Below, in pieces: positions 17,658 to 27,228 of a stretch of 64,000 nt of DNA (the first letter of the stretch is position 1; the number at the start of each line of letters is the position of its first letter). A program made the translations under genes and the position numbers. Source of the DNA: an uncultured Candidatus Binatia bacterium (lineage in GTDB: Bacteria; Desulfobacterota; Binatia; UBA9968; JAJDTQ01). Below the pieces are notes generated by a model, which did not search any database, was not told where the DNA came from, and worked only from the letters and a program-made list of their open reading frames with translations. Location of the stretch: positions 2,624,001-2,688,000 of the forward strand of contig OZ244070.1 in NCBI GenBank assembly GCA_965215605.1. The letters are read 5' to 3'.

Positions 17658-19092
17658 ACGTGGTGCGGTCCACCGGGATGTGCGCCAGCACTTCGCCGGG
17701 GATATAGTCCTCCACCTTGATGCGGGCCATGGCCTCGTCGGGGACCTTGGATACGGGCGAGAAGGGGCGGTCCAGGGGCCGGGTGGCGTCGATGATCATC
17801 ACCGAGGTCTTGGTCTCGTCCACCACCGTCGGGTCGAGATAGTTGCCGGTGAAGGTGGGCTGCATGATCGACACCTGCCGGTGGGGCTGCACCCGTGTGG
17901 CCACCGCCCACAGGATCTCGGTGGGGTTGTAGACGTCGATGTCGTCGTCGAACACGAAGATGTTCTTGGCGTGGAGCTCGGTGAGGGCGGCGGCCGCGGC
18001 GCGGCCGGGGTCGCCCTCGGACAGCTTCTTCATGGCGATGAAGATGTTGTAGTGGGCGTGGCGGCCGGCCTTGCACACGGCCGTGACTCCGGGCACGGCT
18101 TCGCGGATCCGCCTCAGGTAGGCGCCCTCGCGCGGCAGGTCGAGCCAGGGCTTGTCGCCCTCGGGGGTGATGACCGACTGGTACATGCCGTTGCTTCGGA
18201 AGTTGATAGCGCGCACCTCGTAGCGGCAGGCCGAGAAGAAGCGCTGCGGTCCGAGGTAGCCGGGCGCCTCGCCGAAGGGGCCGTCCACCATGCGCTCGCC
18301 CGGGATCAGCGCCCCTTCGATGACGATCTCGGCGTCCGCCGGGATCAGCAGGTCGTCGCCCCACGTCGTGGACGGCGTCACCCGCAGCGGCTCCCGCAGG
18401 TAGGCGCCCATGACGTCGTACTCGCTCACCTCGAACGGCCCGGTGTAGCAGGCGCCCATGTAGAACGCCGGGTGGTGCCCCAGCACCGTGGCCACCGGAC
18501 ACTCCAGTCCCTGATCCTCGTGGTCCCGGAAGATGATCCACTGGTGGTGCTGCGAGTGGTAGTGGGTGGTGACGTTCTTCGACTTGATCTCCATGCGGTG
18601 GTAGGAGGCGTTGTAGATTCCTTGGCTGCGGTCCTTGGCGATGGTGCACAGGGTGATGTAGGGGCCGCCGTCCATGTAGTGATGCCGCATGATGGGCAGC
18701 TCGTAGAGGTCCACGGCGTCGCCGCTTCGGACGTTCTCCATCACCGGCGCCTCGCGGTTCTCCACCACCACCGGCGCGACGCGGTTCCTTTCGATGTCCA
18801 CGCAGGCCTCGGCCATCTGCGCCCGGGTCATCTCCTTGGGCAGGCCGAGCGCGATCTGGGTCTTGCGCTGGGAGATGGTGAAGTTCATCACCAGCTTGAA
18901 ATCGCTGACCCGGCCGTGCAGGTTGCGCGGCCGGTCGAACACGAGCAGCGGGAACTTACGGTCGGCCCCCAGGTGCTTGATGATGGCGCTTACATCGTAG
19001 TGGGCAGGATCCACCTCCCGCTCCACGTGCACCACCTCGTTGGGGATCTCGCGGCGGCAGTCCTCCAGGAAGCTGCTCAGGCTCTTGGGCAT
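17647..19092 (-). CDS. UbiD-family (prFMN-dependent) decarboxylase
   Basis: Start MPKSLSSFLE after AGGAG. DGGPYIT, YNASYHR, PADAEIVIEG, DGPFGEAPGY, VFDDDIDV, WAVATRVQ, IDATRP. Confidence 0.9.
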   Translation of the reverse strand: MPKSLSSFLEDCRREIPNEVVHVEREVDPAHYDVSAIIKHLGADRKFPLLVFDRPRNLHGRVSDFKLVMNFTISQRKTQIALGLPKEMTRAQMAEACVDIERNRVAPVVVENREAPVMENVRSGDAVDLYELPIMRHHYMDGGPYITLCTIAKDRSQGIYNASYHRMEIKSKNVTTHYHSQHHQWIIFRDHEDQGLECPVATVLGHHPAFYMGACYTGPFEVSEYDVMGAYLREPLRVTPSTTWGDDLLIPADAEIVIEGALIPGERMVDGPFGEAPGYLGPQRFFSACRYEVRAINFRSNGMYQSVITPEGDKPWLDLPREGAYLRRIREAVPGVTAVCKAGRHAHYNIFIAMKKLSEGDPGRAAAAALTELHAKNIFVFDDDIDVYNPTEILWAVATRVQPHRQVSIMQPTFTGNYLDPTVVDETKTSVMIIDATRPLDRPFSPVSKVPDEAMARIKVEDYIPGEVLAHIPVDRTTYWS

Positions 19093-19175
19093 GCAGGTAC
19101 TCCTTCGTCCGGGGGCCGGCCGCGTTCGGGTCAGGCCGCGTGGGCGTTCTCGCCTTGCGGGGGAAGTTCCGGAAG

Positions 19176-19991
19176 CTATTCGATGTCCGAATGGCGTCGC
19201 GGAATCACCACGAGATTCGCCGTGACCTCCGAGACATCCGGGATGGACTTGAGGGTCGCCACCACCCCTTCCACCGTTACCGGACTGGAGACCATGCCGG
19301 ACACCGTCACCGTCCCCCTGTGAGCCTTCACGTCGATGGGCAGATCGCGGTACAGCTCGGAACGGAGCAGCGTCGCCTGGGTCTTCCTGGCCAGCGCCAA
19401 GTCTTCGAAGGATTGCATGGAGTCCGGGGTCTCCGCGAACGCTCCCTGCCGGGCGGCGGTGGTGACCACCTCGCTCGCCGCTTCCGTGCCCATGGCCAGG
19501 TTTAGCATCAGGTGGTACCGGCTGGGGTCCTGCCAGTCGTTGCCAAACAGGGCCATGAGCCGCCGGCTGCGGGCCCTGTCGGTGTGCTCGAGTTGCCTGC
19601 GGATGACGCCCTCGTCCACCGCGAGGCGTGCCCGGAGCCGGTCCACGCGTAGCTCCATGGGGCCGGTCACACAGACCTTCAGCACATGGGCAATGCCCGG
19701 GAGGAGCTCGTGTCCCACGTGTCCGTGGTAGACCATCGGGCCGGCTTGCGCCATCTCGCACATGGCGGCCTGGAGCGCAATGCGGTAGGGCCGCAGGTCA
19801 TGCAGCCACTGGTCCCACCAGTGGGGCTCCTTCTCCGTAATCTCGTCGAGCTTGGCGCGGGGCACGCCGTAGTGTGCAAGAGTGGCCGCCAAGTCCTGGC
19901 GGCCGACGCACTTGTAGTCCAGGGACTGCGCAACCCGGTTGGCGACTTCCTCAGCTCCGGAGATGCCTTCGTAGATCACGATAACGGACAT
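19176..19991 (-). CDS. Cytidylate kinase-like family protein with C-terminal BON domain
   Basis: Start MSVIVIYEGISGAEEVA after AGGAGG. DWQDPSRYHLMLN. C-terminal IDVKAHRGTVTVSG. Confidence 0.75.
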   Translation of the reverse strand: MSVIVIYEGISGAEEVANRVAQSLDYKCVGRQDLAATLAHYGVPRAKLDEITEKEPHWWDQWLHDLRPYRIALQAAMCEMAQAGPMVYHGHVGHELLPGIAHVLKVCVTGPMELRVDRLRARLAVDEGVIRRQLEHTDRARSRRLMALFGNDWQDPSRYHLMLNLAMGTEAASEVVTTAARQGAFAETPDSMQSFEDLALARKTQATLLRSELYRDLPIDVKAHRGTVTVSGMVSSPVTVEGVVATLKSIPDVSEVTANLVVIPRRHSDIE

Positions 19992-20128
19992 GACGGGCCT
20001 CCTTTCCGCAATCAACCAACGGTACGCCGAGCACGACTCGCATCCAACTCGAGCATACTGACAGGACAAGGAATAGGCAACGCCCCCGTCACCCCGGCCC
20101 CATCTTTGTCAGCCCCGCCCCACCTCCC

Positions 20129-20158
20129 CGTCATCCCGGGCTTGACCCGGGATCCAGA
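20129..20158. repeat. REP-like palindrome, second subtype
   Basis: CGTCATCCCGGGCTTGACCCGGGATCCAGA. Related degenerate copies lie at 57152-57211. Confidence 0.65.
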
Positions 20159-20194
20159 CGGGGAAGGGAGGCGGCGGCCGGCCGCTCATGTTAT

Positions 20195-22084
20195 GTGGAA
20201 TGGGCGATGTCGTGGCACTTGAACCGAACGGTTACGTCGTGGATTTGCCTCGCGGCGATTTGCGCTCTGCTGCTCACGGTTTCGACGGAAGGGTCTACCC
20301 CTCCTGGCGGCGAGGGTTCCGTCCGGGAAACGCGCACGGCCCAGGCTGCCGGCGCCGTTCCCATCGGGCGCATCCAAGGACGAAGCCACATCTCGCCGTT
20401 CCGCGGACAGCGGGTCACCACAGTCGGGATCGTCACGGCCGTCGATACCGACGGGTTCTACCTGCAAGACGCGGCCGGCGACGGCGACCCCGATACCTCG
20501 GACGGCGTCTTCGTCTTCACCCGGCGGACGCCGGACGTGGCCGTGGGCGACGAGTTGCGCGTGCGCGGGGTGGTGGCGGAGTACCAGCCCGGCGGCGCGA
20601 AGACCCACAATCTGACGATCACGCAGATCACCCGCCCGAGGATAACGCGTGTGTCCCGCCGCAACCGGGTACCCGCGCCGGTGGTGCTGGGGGCGGGCGG
20701 ACGCGTCCCGCCCCACGGGATCATCGACAACGACGGTTTCGCCGTCTTCGATCCGCACGAGGACGGCATCGACTTCTACGAGGCACTGGAAGGCATGCGG
20801 GTCACCGTAAGGAGCGCCGTCGCCGTGAGCCCCACCAGCCGCTTCGGCGAGATCTTCGTCCGGGCCCGAGGCGCCTCTCCTTCCAGTCTGGGCAAACGCG
20901 GCACGCTGACGATCCGTCCGGACGACTTCAACCCCGAACGCATCCAGATCGATGACGACTTCGGACTCAGTCCGATGGCGACGCCGCACGTCAGGTCAGG
21001 GGATTCATTGGGCGATGTTACCGGTGTGGTGGGTTACGGCTTCGGCAACTACGAGGTGCGTTTCACCGAGGCGTTCTCACCTGGGCGGGGGCCGTTGAAA
21101 CCGGAGACCACCCGCCTGAAACCCGCCGGCGGTTCCCTCACCATCGCGTCCTTCAACGTGCTCAACCTCGACCCCAACGACGGGGACGGGGACACGGACG
21201 TGGCCGGCGGGCGATTCGACGCGGTCGCCGCCATCGTCGCCAGGAACCTGCGCTCCCCCGACATCGTCGCGCTCCAGGAAGTGCAGGACAACGACGGCTC
21301 CGCAAAGACGCGGCTCAAGGCTGCCGACGCCACTCTGCGGCTGCTGGTGGATCGCATCGCCGCCCTGGGCTCGGTCCGCTACCGTTTCATCGACCATCCC
21401 TTCATCGGCGGCGGCACCAACGGCGGACAGCCCGGCGGCAACATCCGCGTGGCCTTCCTCTACAACCCGGCGCGCGTGGAACTCGTCCCGGGCTCCGTGG
21501 CAACTGTCACCGACCCCGCGGATCAGCGCACCAACCCGAGAAACCCGTTCTTCAACGGCCGGCTGCCGCTGGCGGCCTCGTTCCGGTCCCGGGCGCCGGC
21601 TGGCGCGGCCGTGACCGTGGTCAACAATCATTTCAACTCCAAGCGCGGCAGCGCTCCGCTGTTCGGGCAGGTGCAGCCCTTCACGGAACGGCAGGAGGAT
21701 CCTGCGGTCAACGGCGGGGTGGAGCGCCGCCGGAGGCAAGCGCGCGCCGTCCGCGATTTCGTGGCGCGCAAGTTGGCCGCGCGCGGGGACGCACATATCG
21801 TCGTCGTCGGCGACTTCAACGAGTTCCAGTTCGTGTCCCCGCTGAAGATCCTCGAAGAACGCCTCCACAACCTCACCAACGATCTCCCGGCCAACGAGCG
21901 CTACAGCTACATCTTCGAGGGCAACGCCCAGTCCCTGGACCACATCCTGGTGAGTCCGTCATTGAAGGCGGCGGCCGAGGTGGACATCGTTCACGTCAAC
22001 GCCGAGTTCGCCGAGACCGCGGCGCGGGCCAGCGATCACGATCCGCTGGTGGTGCGGGTTCGGCTGCCCCGGCGGTCCCCGTGA
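20195..22084 (+). CDS. Secreted endonuclease/exonuclease/phosphatase-family nuclease with OB folds (ExeM/YhcR-like)
   Basis: Hydrophobic N-terminus, IQGRSHISP, GFYLQD, ASFNVLN, ALQEVQD, VGDFN, LDHIL, ASDHDP. Start may be 20207. Confidence 0.88.
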   Translation: MEWAMSWHLNRTVTSWICLAAICALLLTVSTEGSTPPGGEGSVRETRTAQAAGAVPIGRIQGRSHISPFRGQRVTTVGIVTAVDTDGFYLQDAAGDGDPDTSDGVFVFTRRTPDVAVGDELRVRGVVAEYQPGGAKTHNLTITQITRPRITRVSRRNRVPAPVVLGAGGRVPPHGIIDNDGFAVFDPHEDGIDFYEALEGMRVTVRSAVAVSPTSRFGEIFVRARGASPSSLGKRGTLTIRPDDFNPERIQIDDDFGLSPMATPHVRSGDSLGDVTGVVGYGFGNYEVRFTEAFSPGRGPLKPETTRLKPAGGSLTIASFNVLNLDPNDGDGDTDVAGGRFDAVAAIVARNLRSPDIVALQEVQDNDGSAKTRLKAADATLRLLVDRIAALGSVRYRFIDHPFIGGGTNGGQPGGNIRVAFLYNPARVELVPGSVATVTDPADQRTNPRNPFFNGRLPLAASFRSRAPAGAAVTVVNNHFNSKRGSAPLFGQVQPFTERQEDPAVNGGVERRRRQARAVRDFVARKLAARGDAHIVVVGDFNEFQFVSPLKILEERLHNLTNDLPANERYSYIFEGNAQSLDHILVSPSLKAAAEVDIVHVNAEFAETAARASDHDPLVVRVRLPRRSP

Positions 22085-22127
22085 AATGGATGACGCTGAC
22101 CGAGGCTCCTGTCTCGTCTCGCAGGTT

Positions 22128-23375
22128 TCAGGCCATGTCGTAGGGGACGGCGATGATGTCGTCGGCCACCAGGGCGGTCTCACGCACCCCGGCCACCACC
22201 ACGCCGATGCCGTGCTTGAGACGAGGATACGTCTCCCGGAACGCTCGTATGCCGCTGGTGTCCGCGCGCGTGACGCGTGCGCTGCTCTTTGCTTCCACGG
22301 CGACGAACATTCCGTCCCTCTCGATTAGCAGGTCCACCTCGCTGCCGGAGTGTGCGCGCCAGTGATGGGCGGCCGGCGGATGGCTCATGGTCTGCGTCTG
22401 CTTGAGCAGGTCCAGGACGACATGGGTCTCGAACAGCGCGCCCTGGATCGGATTGGACATCAGCGCCGTTGGGCTGGAAATGCGCTGAGTCCATGCCGCC
22501 AGTCCGGTGTCGGCAAAGTAGCCCTTGGGGCGCTTGGAGATTCGTTTGGTGGGATTGCCGGAATACGCCGGGACCTCAAGCCACTGAAAGGTCGCTCGCA
22601 GGACGGCCAGCCAGCGCTGCGCCGTGTGGTATGTGATGCCGAGCTCACGCCCGAGTTGGGTGTGATTGATCTCCTGGCCGGAGTGGGCGGCACAAAGGCC
22701 TACAAAGCGGGCGAAGAGGTTTGCGTCCTCGACGGTGGCAACGCGCCGGACGTCGCGTTCGATGTAGGTGCGCATATAGGATGCGAACAAGTCGGGCAGT
22801 GTCGCGTCCTCATGGTCGAGGTGTCCGGGGAAGCCGCCCCGCCACAGACGGCTTGCCAGGGACGGCTCGATGGTTCGAGGCGCGAGCCGTCCACGGTTAC
22901 GCAACCGGTCTGCCGGGTCGGCTGCGAACAGATCTTCGACCCATGTCCCCCCGGTGGTCGCTCCATGGCAGCGTTCGGCCAACGACAAGAAGGGAAGATC
23001 CAGTACCGCCACGCGCCCTGCCATGCTCTCGCTGACGGAACTGAGCAGCATGAGGTTCTGGGAACCGGTGAGCAGGTACTGACCGGGGCGGGGATCTTCG
23101 TCCACACGCCGTTTGATGACCCCAAGCAGGTCCGGCACGTATTGAACCTCGTCGAGGATGAGCGGCGGCTGGTACTGGTCGAGGAACAGTTCAGGGTCTT
23201 CTCGCGCGTTGTTGACGTCGATGACCGGGTCGAATACAACACGGTGGGCGTCCGGGGCCAAGTGAGACAGGAGCGTGCTCTTGCCAGCCTGTCGCGCCCC
23301 CAGCATCAGGATCACCGGCACGGCTTGACGCAGGCGCGCTATTCTGGCTTCGAGGTGACGTTGCCGGTACTCCAC
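22128..23375 (-). CDS. AAA_14 ATPase with DUF4143 C-terminal domain
   Basis: GARQAGKS, LDEVQ, LLTGS, ESMAGR, GGFP, YIERD, PKGYFADTG, EVDLL...VEAK. Confidence 0.88.
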   Translation of the reverse strand: MEYRQRHLEARIARLRQAVPVILMLGARQAGKSTLLSHLAPDAHRVVFDPVIDVNNAREDPELFLDQYQPPLILDEVQYVPDLLGVIKRRVDEDPRPGQYLLTGSQNLMLLSSVSESMAGRVAVLDLPFLSLAERCHGATTGGTWVEDLFAADPADRLRNRGRLAPRTIEPSLASRLWRGGFPGHLDHEDATLPDLFASYMRTYIERDVRRVATVEDANLFARFVGLCAAHSGQEINHTQLGRELGITYHTAQRWLAVLRATFQWLEVPAYSGNPTKRISKRPKGYFADTGLAAWTQRISSPTALMSNPIQGALFETHVVLDLLKQTQTMSHPPAAHHWRAHSGSEVDLLIERDGMFVAVEAKSSARVTRADTSGIRAFRETYPRLKHGIGVVVAGVRETALVADDIIAVPYDMA

Positions 23376-23418
23376 ATGGGAAAAATAGCCTTATCGCTTC
23401 TGTTTTTCAAGGATTGAG

Positions 23419-24417
23419 ATGGCCACGCCCAGAATTGCCCTGATCCTCACCGGAGGCACCATCGATTCCGTCGGCGCCGATCGCCTCGACCTGGCCTGGT
23501 ACATCGAGAACAACAAGCGGCTCGGCGACGGCGAACTGGTGGGCTCGGTGCCGGAGTTGGCCTCCATCGCCCAGGTGGAGCAGGTGCCGTTCCGGCGGCT
23601 GCCGAGCCATGCGCTGGTGGACCGCGACTGGCTCGACCTGGCGGGGGTGCTGCACGGGATCTTCGAACGGGACGAGGCGGACGGGGCGGTCATCACCCAC
23701 GGCACCAACACCCTGGAGGAGACCGCCTACTTCCTGAACCTGGTGCTCAAGATCGACCGGCCGGTGGTGCTGGTGGGGTCCATGCGGCCGGCGACGGCGC
23801 TGGGCGCGGACGGCTACCTGAACCTGCTCAACGCCGTGCGGGTAGCCGCGGAACCGGATTCAAGCGGACACGGCGTGTTGGCCGTAATGAACGACCGGAT
23901 CTACGGCGCCCGGGACCTGACCAAGACCGCCACCTACCGCGTGGAGGCGTTCCAGGGACGGGACCTGGGACCGCTGGGTTTTGCCGACGCCGACGGCCGG
24001 GTGCGCTACCATCACCGGACGGTCAAGCCGCACACCACCGCGACCGAGTTTGACGTGACCGGCCTCGAGTCGCTGCCGCGGGTGGACGTGGTGGTTTCGC
24101 ACGCGGGCGCGGACGGCGCGATGATCGATGCCTGCGTGGCCGCGGGGGCCAGGGGTATCGTGTGCGCCGCCACCGGGGCAGGCCGCCCCACGCCGGCTCA
24201 GGACGAGGCTTTCGAGCGCGCCCGGGAAAAGGGTGTGGTCCTGTGCATCGGCAGCCGGGTGGGTTCGGGGAGGGTGGCCCGCAGCCCGAAGTTGGCCGAG
24301 CGCGGCGTCGTCACCGCCGACAACCTCCAGCCCTGGAAGGCCCGGGTGCTGCTGGCGCTGGCTCTCAGCGTCACCGACGACCCGGACGCCATTCAGCGGA
24401 TGTTCGATACGTACTGA
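23419..24417 (+). CDS. Asparaginase family protein
   Basis: TGGTI, ITHGTNTLEETAY, GSMRP, KARVLL. Confidence 0.9.
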   Translation: MATPRIALILTGGTIDSVGADRLDLAWYIENNKRLGDGELVGSVPELASIAQVEQVPFRRLPSHALVDRDWLDLAGVLHGIFERDEADGAVITHGTNTLEETAYFLNLVLKIDRPVVLVGSMRPATALGADGYLNLLNAVRVAAEPDSSGHGVLAVMNDRIYGARDLTKTATYRVEAFQGRDLGPLGFADADGRVRYHHRTVKPHTTATEFDVTGLESLPRVDVVVSHAGADGAMIDACVAAGARGIVCAATGAGRPTPAQDEAFERAREKGVVLCIGSRVGSGRVARSPKLAERGVVTADNLQPWKARVLLALALSVTDDPDAIQRMFDTY

Positions 24418-24446
24418 GGTCCCCACGCCGTCCCCGGCGTCCCTCC

Positions 24447-25565
24447 TCACCCCAGCACGATCTTGCTCTCGTCTTCCCGCACCTCGATGGCGTTCTGGAT
24501 CAGCGCGGCGTAGCGGTACACCGCGTGGGCGAACTTGCTGTAGGGGATGGTCAGGAAGAGCCCGGCCACCACGCCCAGGTGGATCACCAGCAGCGTTCCC
24601 ATGGCGGCGGTTTCCCGGAAGACGAGCAGCAGCAGTCCGGTGAAGCTCGTCAGGAACAGCATCCAGAGGAAAGTCCTGTCCAAGCTGAGCATCTTCTCCT
24701 CGGCCGGGTCCAGGTCGCTTTTGGACTTGAGGTAGAGCAGCCCCACCGTGCCGATGCACATCATGACGCCGCCCACCGTCCCGAACACCACCGGAAGGCT
24801 CAGGTAGGGGTAGGGCGCATCCCAGTGGAGGAAGTGGTGGTAGAAGGCCGCAACGGTGGTGGCGGCGAAGTCCAGCGCGAAGCCGTAGAACACCAGGTGG
24901 TGGTGCCACATGCGGCTCTTGGAGAACTTCTCGTCGGGGTAGTTGCAGCCGTCGCCGCCGCCCTTCATGTACTGCAGGCCGAAGGCGTCCTTCATGGCGC
25001 GGGCGAAGGCGGGCAGGTTGATGAGGTCGGAGATGCTGCCGCGGGTGCGGCGCCAGAAGCTCACGAACCCCGCCAGCAACGCGAAGATGGCGTAGAAGAA
25101 CATCACGCTGGCCGGGAACACCATGGCGCCGTAGGGCACCACCGCGTAGAACGCCCCCGAGCCCTGGTGGGCGGAGAACAGCGTCGTGCTGCCCTGAAAC
25201 GCCAGGGTCAGCACGAAGGCCAGCACGATGCACACCGTGGTGACGAGCCCCACCAGGAAGGCGTTGTTCTTGTAGAAGCCTTTGAGCACCCGGGGCCAGG
25301 CGTAGTCCTCGTAGGTGTCGGCCCGAAGCCGTGACAGCGCCTGGGGCACGTTCACCCCGAACTCGTGGGGCGGCGCGTACTGGCAGGCGTAGTAGCAGGC
25401 GCGGCACTCGAAGCACAGGTTGGACATGTAGACCAAGTCCTTGGTGTCGAAGGTGCGCCGCCGCTCCATGGCCGGGAACACCGCGCAGAAGCCCGCGCAA
25501 TAGCGGCAGGCGTTGCAGATGGTCATGACCCGGTCGGCTTCCTTGAGATGCTCAGACGACGGCAC
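24447..25565 (-). CDS. tcuB: Tricarballylate utilization 4Fe-4S membrane protein
   Basis: ICNACRYCAGFCAVFPA, CFECRACYYACQYAPPHEF, PYSKFAH. Confidence 0.9.
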   Translation of the reverse strand: MPSSEHLKEADRVMTICNACRYCAGFCAVFPAMERRRTFDTKDLVYMSNLCFECRACYYACQYAPPHEFGVNVPQALSRLRADTYEDYAWPRVLKGFYKNNAFLVGLVTTVCIVLAFVLTLAFQGSTTLFSAHQGSGAFYAVVPYGAMVFPASVMFFYAIFALLAGFVSFWRRTRGSISDLINLPAFARAMKDAFGLQYMKGGGDGCNYPDEKFSKSRMWHHHLVFYGFALDFAATTVAAFYHHFLHWDAPYPYLSLPVVFGTVGGVMMCIGTVGLLYLKSKSDLDPAEEKMLSLDRTFLWMLFLTSFTGLLLLVFRETAAMGTLLVIHLGVVAGLFLTIPYSKFAHAVYRYAALIQNAIEVREDESKIVLG

Positions 25566-26970
25566 GCGCGGCCTCCCTTCCTGCGATGCGGCCGAACACC
25601 GTTCCGATGGTCATGCCGAATCCCGCCAGATACCCCTTGCCGAGGATGTTTCCCGACATCATCTCCCCGGCTGCGAAGATGTTCGGAGACGGCTGGTCTT
25701 CGCCGAAAAGAACCTGGCACTGCTTGTTCACGGCCACGCCCATGTAGGTGAAGGTGATCCCCGGCCGCAACGGATAGCCGTAGAACGGCGGGGTGTCGAT
25801 GACCCGCGCCCAGTGGCTCTTGGGCGGGTCCATGCCCTCGGTGGAGCAGTCGTCCAGGATCGTGGGGTCGAAGGTCCCCGCTTTGACGGCGCTGTTGAAC
25901 GCGTTCACCGTCTCCTCCGCCTTGGCAGGGTTCAGGTCCAGGGACGCGGCGAGCTGCCGGACCGAGTTGGCCTCGAAGGGCGGGAACACCGAGGGCAGGA
26001 ACATGTCGATGGACTTGGCGTCCACGATGCAATAGGCCTCCTGCTCCGGCTGGCCGGCGATGAGGGTTCCCCAGATGGCATAGCGCTTGGGCCAGAAGTC
26101 CTCGCCCTCGTCGTAGAAGCGTTCGGCGTTCTTGTTGAGCACGACGCCGAAGGGGACGCAGTCGAGCCGGGTCACGATGCCGCCGTCGAACTTGGGCGCG
26201 CGCCCGTCCAGCGCGATGGCGTGGAAACCCTTGGCCCGCCCCGCCGGCTTGGCGCCCGCGTCGAACAACTGACGCAGCACCCGGCCCTTGTTGTAGGGCG
26301 TGCCGCGGATGATGAAGTTGTCCGCCGCCTCGCCCCAGTATTCCTTGAGCCAAGGCACGTTGGCCTCGAAGCCGCCGGAGGCGCCGATGAAGGCCTTGGC
26401 CGCCACCTCGCGCTTTTGGCCGTTGTGCTCCACCACCGCGGAGCGGAACACGCCGTCCTCGACGTTCAGGTCCCGCACCTCGGTGTCGTACTCCGCCCGG
26501 ATGCCCATCTTCTCGGCGGTGTCGTAGTAGGCGTTCATCAACGCCTTGCCGCCGCCCAGGAAGAATGCGTTGGTGCGCGAAAGCTGCAGGGTGCCGCGCA
26601 AGGACGGCTGCCATTTGATCCCGTGGGCCGACATCCATTCGCCCGCGTCCTGGGACTGGCGGATGCAGTAGCGCGCCAGCTCCTCGTTGGTGTCGCCGCC
26701 CGTCACCCGCAGCAGGTCCTCGTAGAACTCGTCCTCCGGATATGTGCCCGTGAGAAAGCCGTCCTCGCCCTCGTGCATGTAGCGAAGGTTCCGCGTGTGG
26801 CGGCTGTTGCCGCCCCGGAACGCCTTGGGCGCCGCCTCCAGCACCAACACGCTGGCGCCCCCGTGACGGGCCATGATGGCTGCGCACATCGCCGCGTTCC
26901 CACCGCCCGCGATGAGCACATCGACCTCGGGAACCCCTCCCGAACCCCCTCCGGTGGATGAAGAAGCCAT
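25552..26970 (-). CDS. tcuA: FAD-dependent tricarballylate dehydrogenase
   Basis: GGGNAAMCAA, RGGNSRHTRN, LSRTNAFFLGGGKAL, APKFDGGI, FWPKRYAIWG, GNILGKGYLAG. Confidence 0.92.
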   Translation of the reverse strand: MASSSTGGGSGGVPEVDVLIAGGGNAAMCAAIMARHGGASVLVLEAAPKAFRGGNSRHTRNLRYMHEGEDGFLTGTYPEDEFYEDLLRVTGGDTNEELARYCIRQSQDAGEWMSAHGIKWQPSLRGTLQLSRTNAFFLGGGKALMNAYYDTAEKMGIRAEYDTEVRDLNVEDGVFRSAVVEHNGQKREVAAKAFIGASGGFEANVPWLKEYWGEAADNFIIRGTPYNKGRVLRQLFDAGAKPAGRAKGFHAIALDGRAPKFDGGIVTRLDCVPFGVVLNKNAERFYDEGEDFWPKRYAIWGTLIAGQPEQEAYCIVDAKSIDMFLPSVFPPFEANSVRQLAASLDLNPAKAEETVNAFNSAVKAGTFDPTILDDCSTEGMDPPKSHWARVIDTPPFYGYPLRPGITFTYMGVAVNKQCQVLFGEDQPSPNIFAAGEMMSGNILGKGYLAGFGMTIGTVFGRIAGREAARAVV

Positions 26971-27059
26971 GACGCTACGTGTTAGTGGACACACCCGTTT
27001 CTGTCAACTTACGAATCTTCTGGGGTCGACATCGGCACAGACACAGAGTCTCAAAGAAC

Positions 27060-27150
27060 CGTCATTCCCTACACCTCCTCCGCAACCTCGGCACCCCCTC
27101 CGCAACCTCGACATTCCCGCCTTCGTCTCCCGCGAAAGCGGGAAACCAGG
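27060..27150. repeat. 20-bp tandem repeat with degenerate REP copies
   Basis: ACACCTCCTCCGCAACCTCG / GCACCCCCTCCGCAACCTCG (27071-27110), and CGTCTCCCGCGAAAGCGGGAAACCAGG ending at 27150. Confidence 0.65.
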
Positions 27151-27228
27151 CGGGGTGGGGCGGCGCCCAATTTGACAACCCCACACCTCCCTTGCCATGA
27201 AGTAACTTCACCATTCAGGAGGATTCCC

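Noticed and set aside
17647-19761. 704-aa UbiD fusion
   Set aside because: The extension overlaps the CMK-like gene in another frame. A Shine-Dalgarno supports the start at 19092.
27071-27110. CRISPR array
   Set aside because: Only two adjacent 20-bp units, no spacers and no cas genes.
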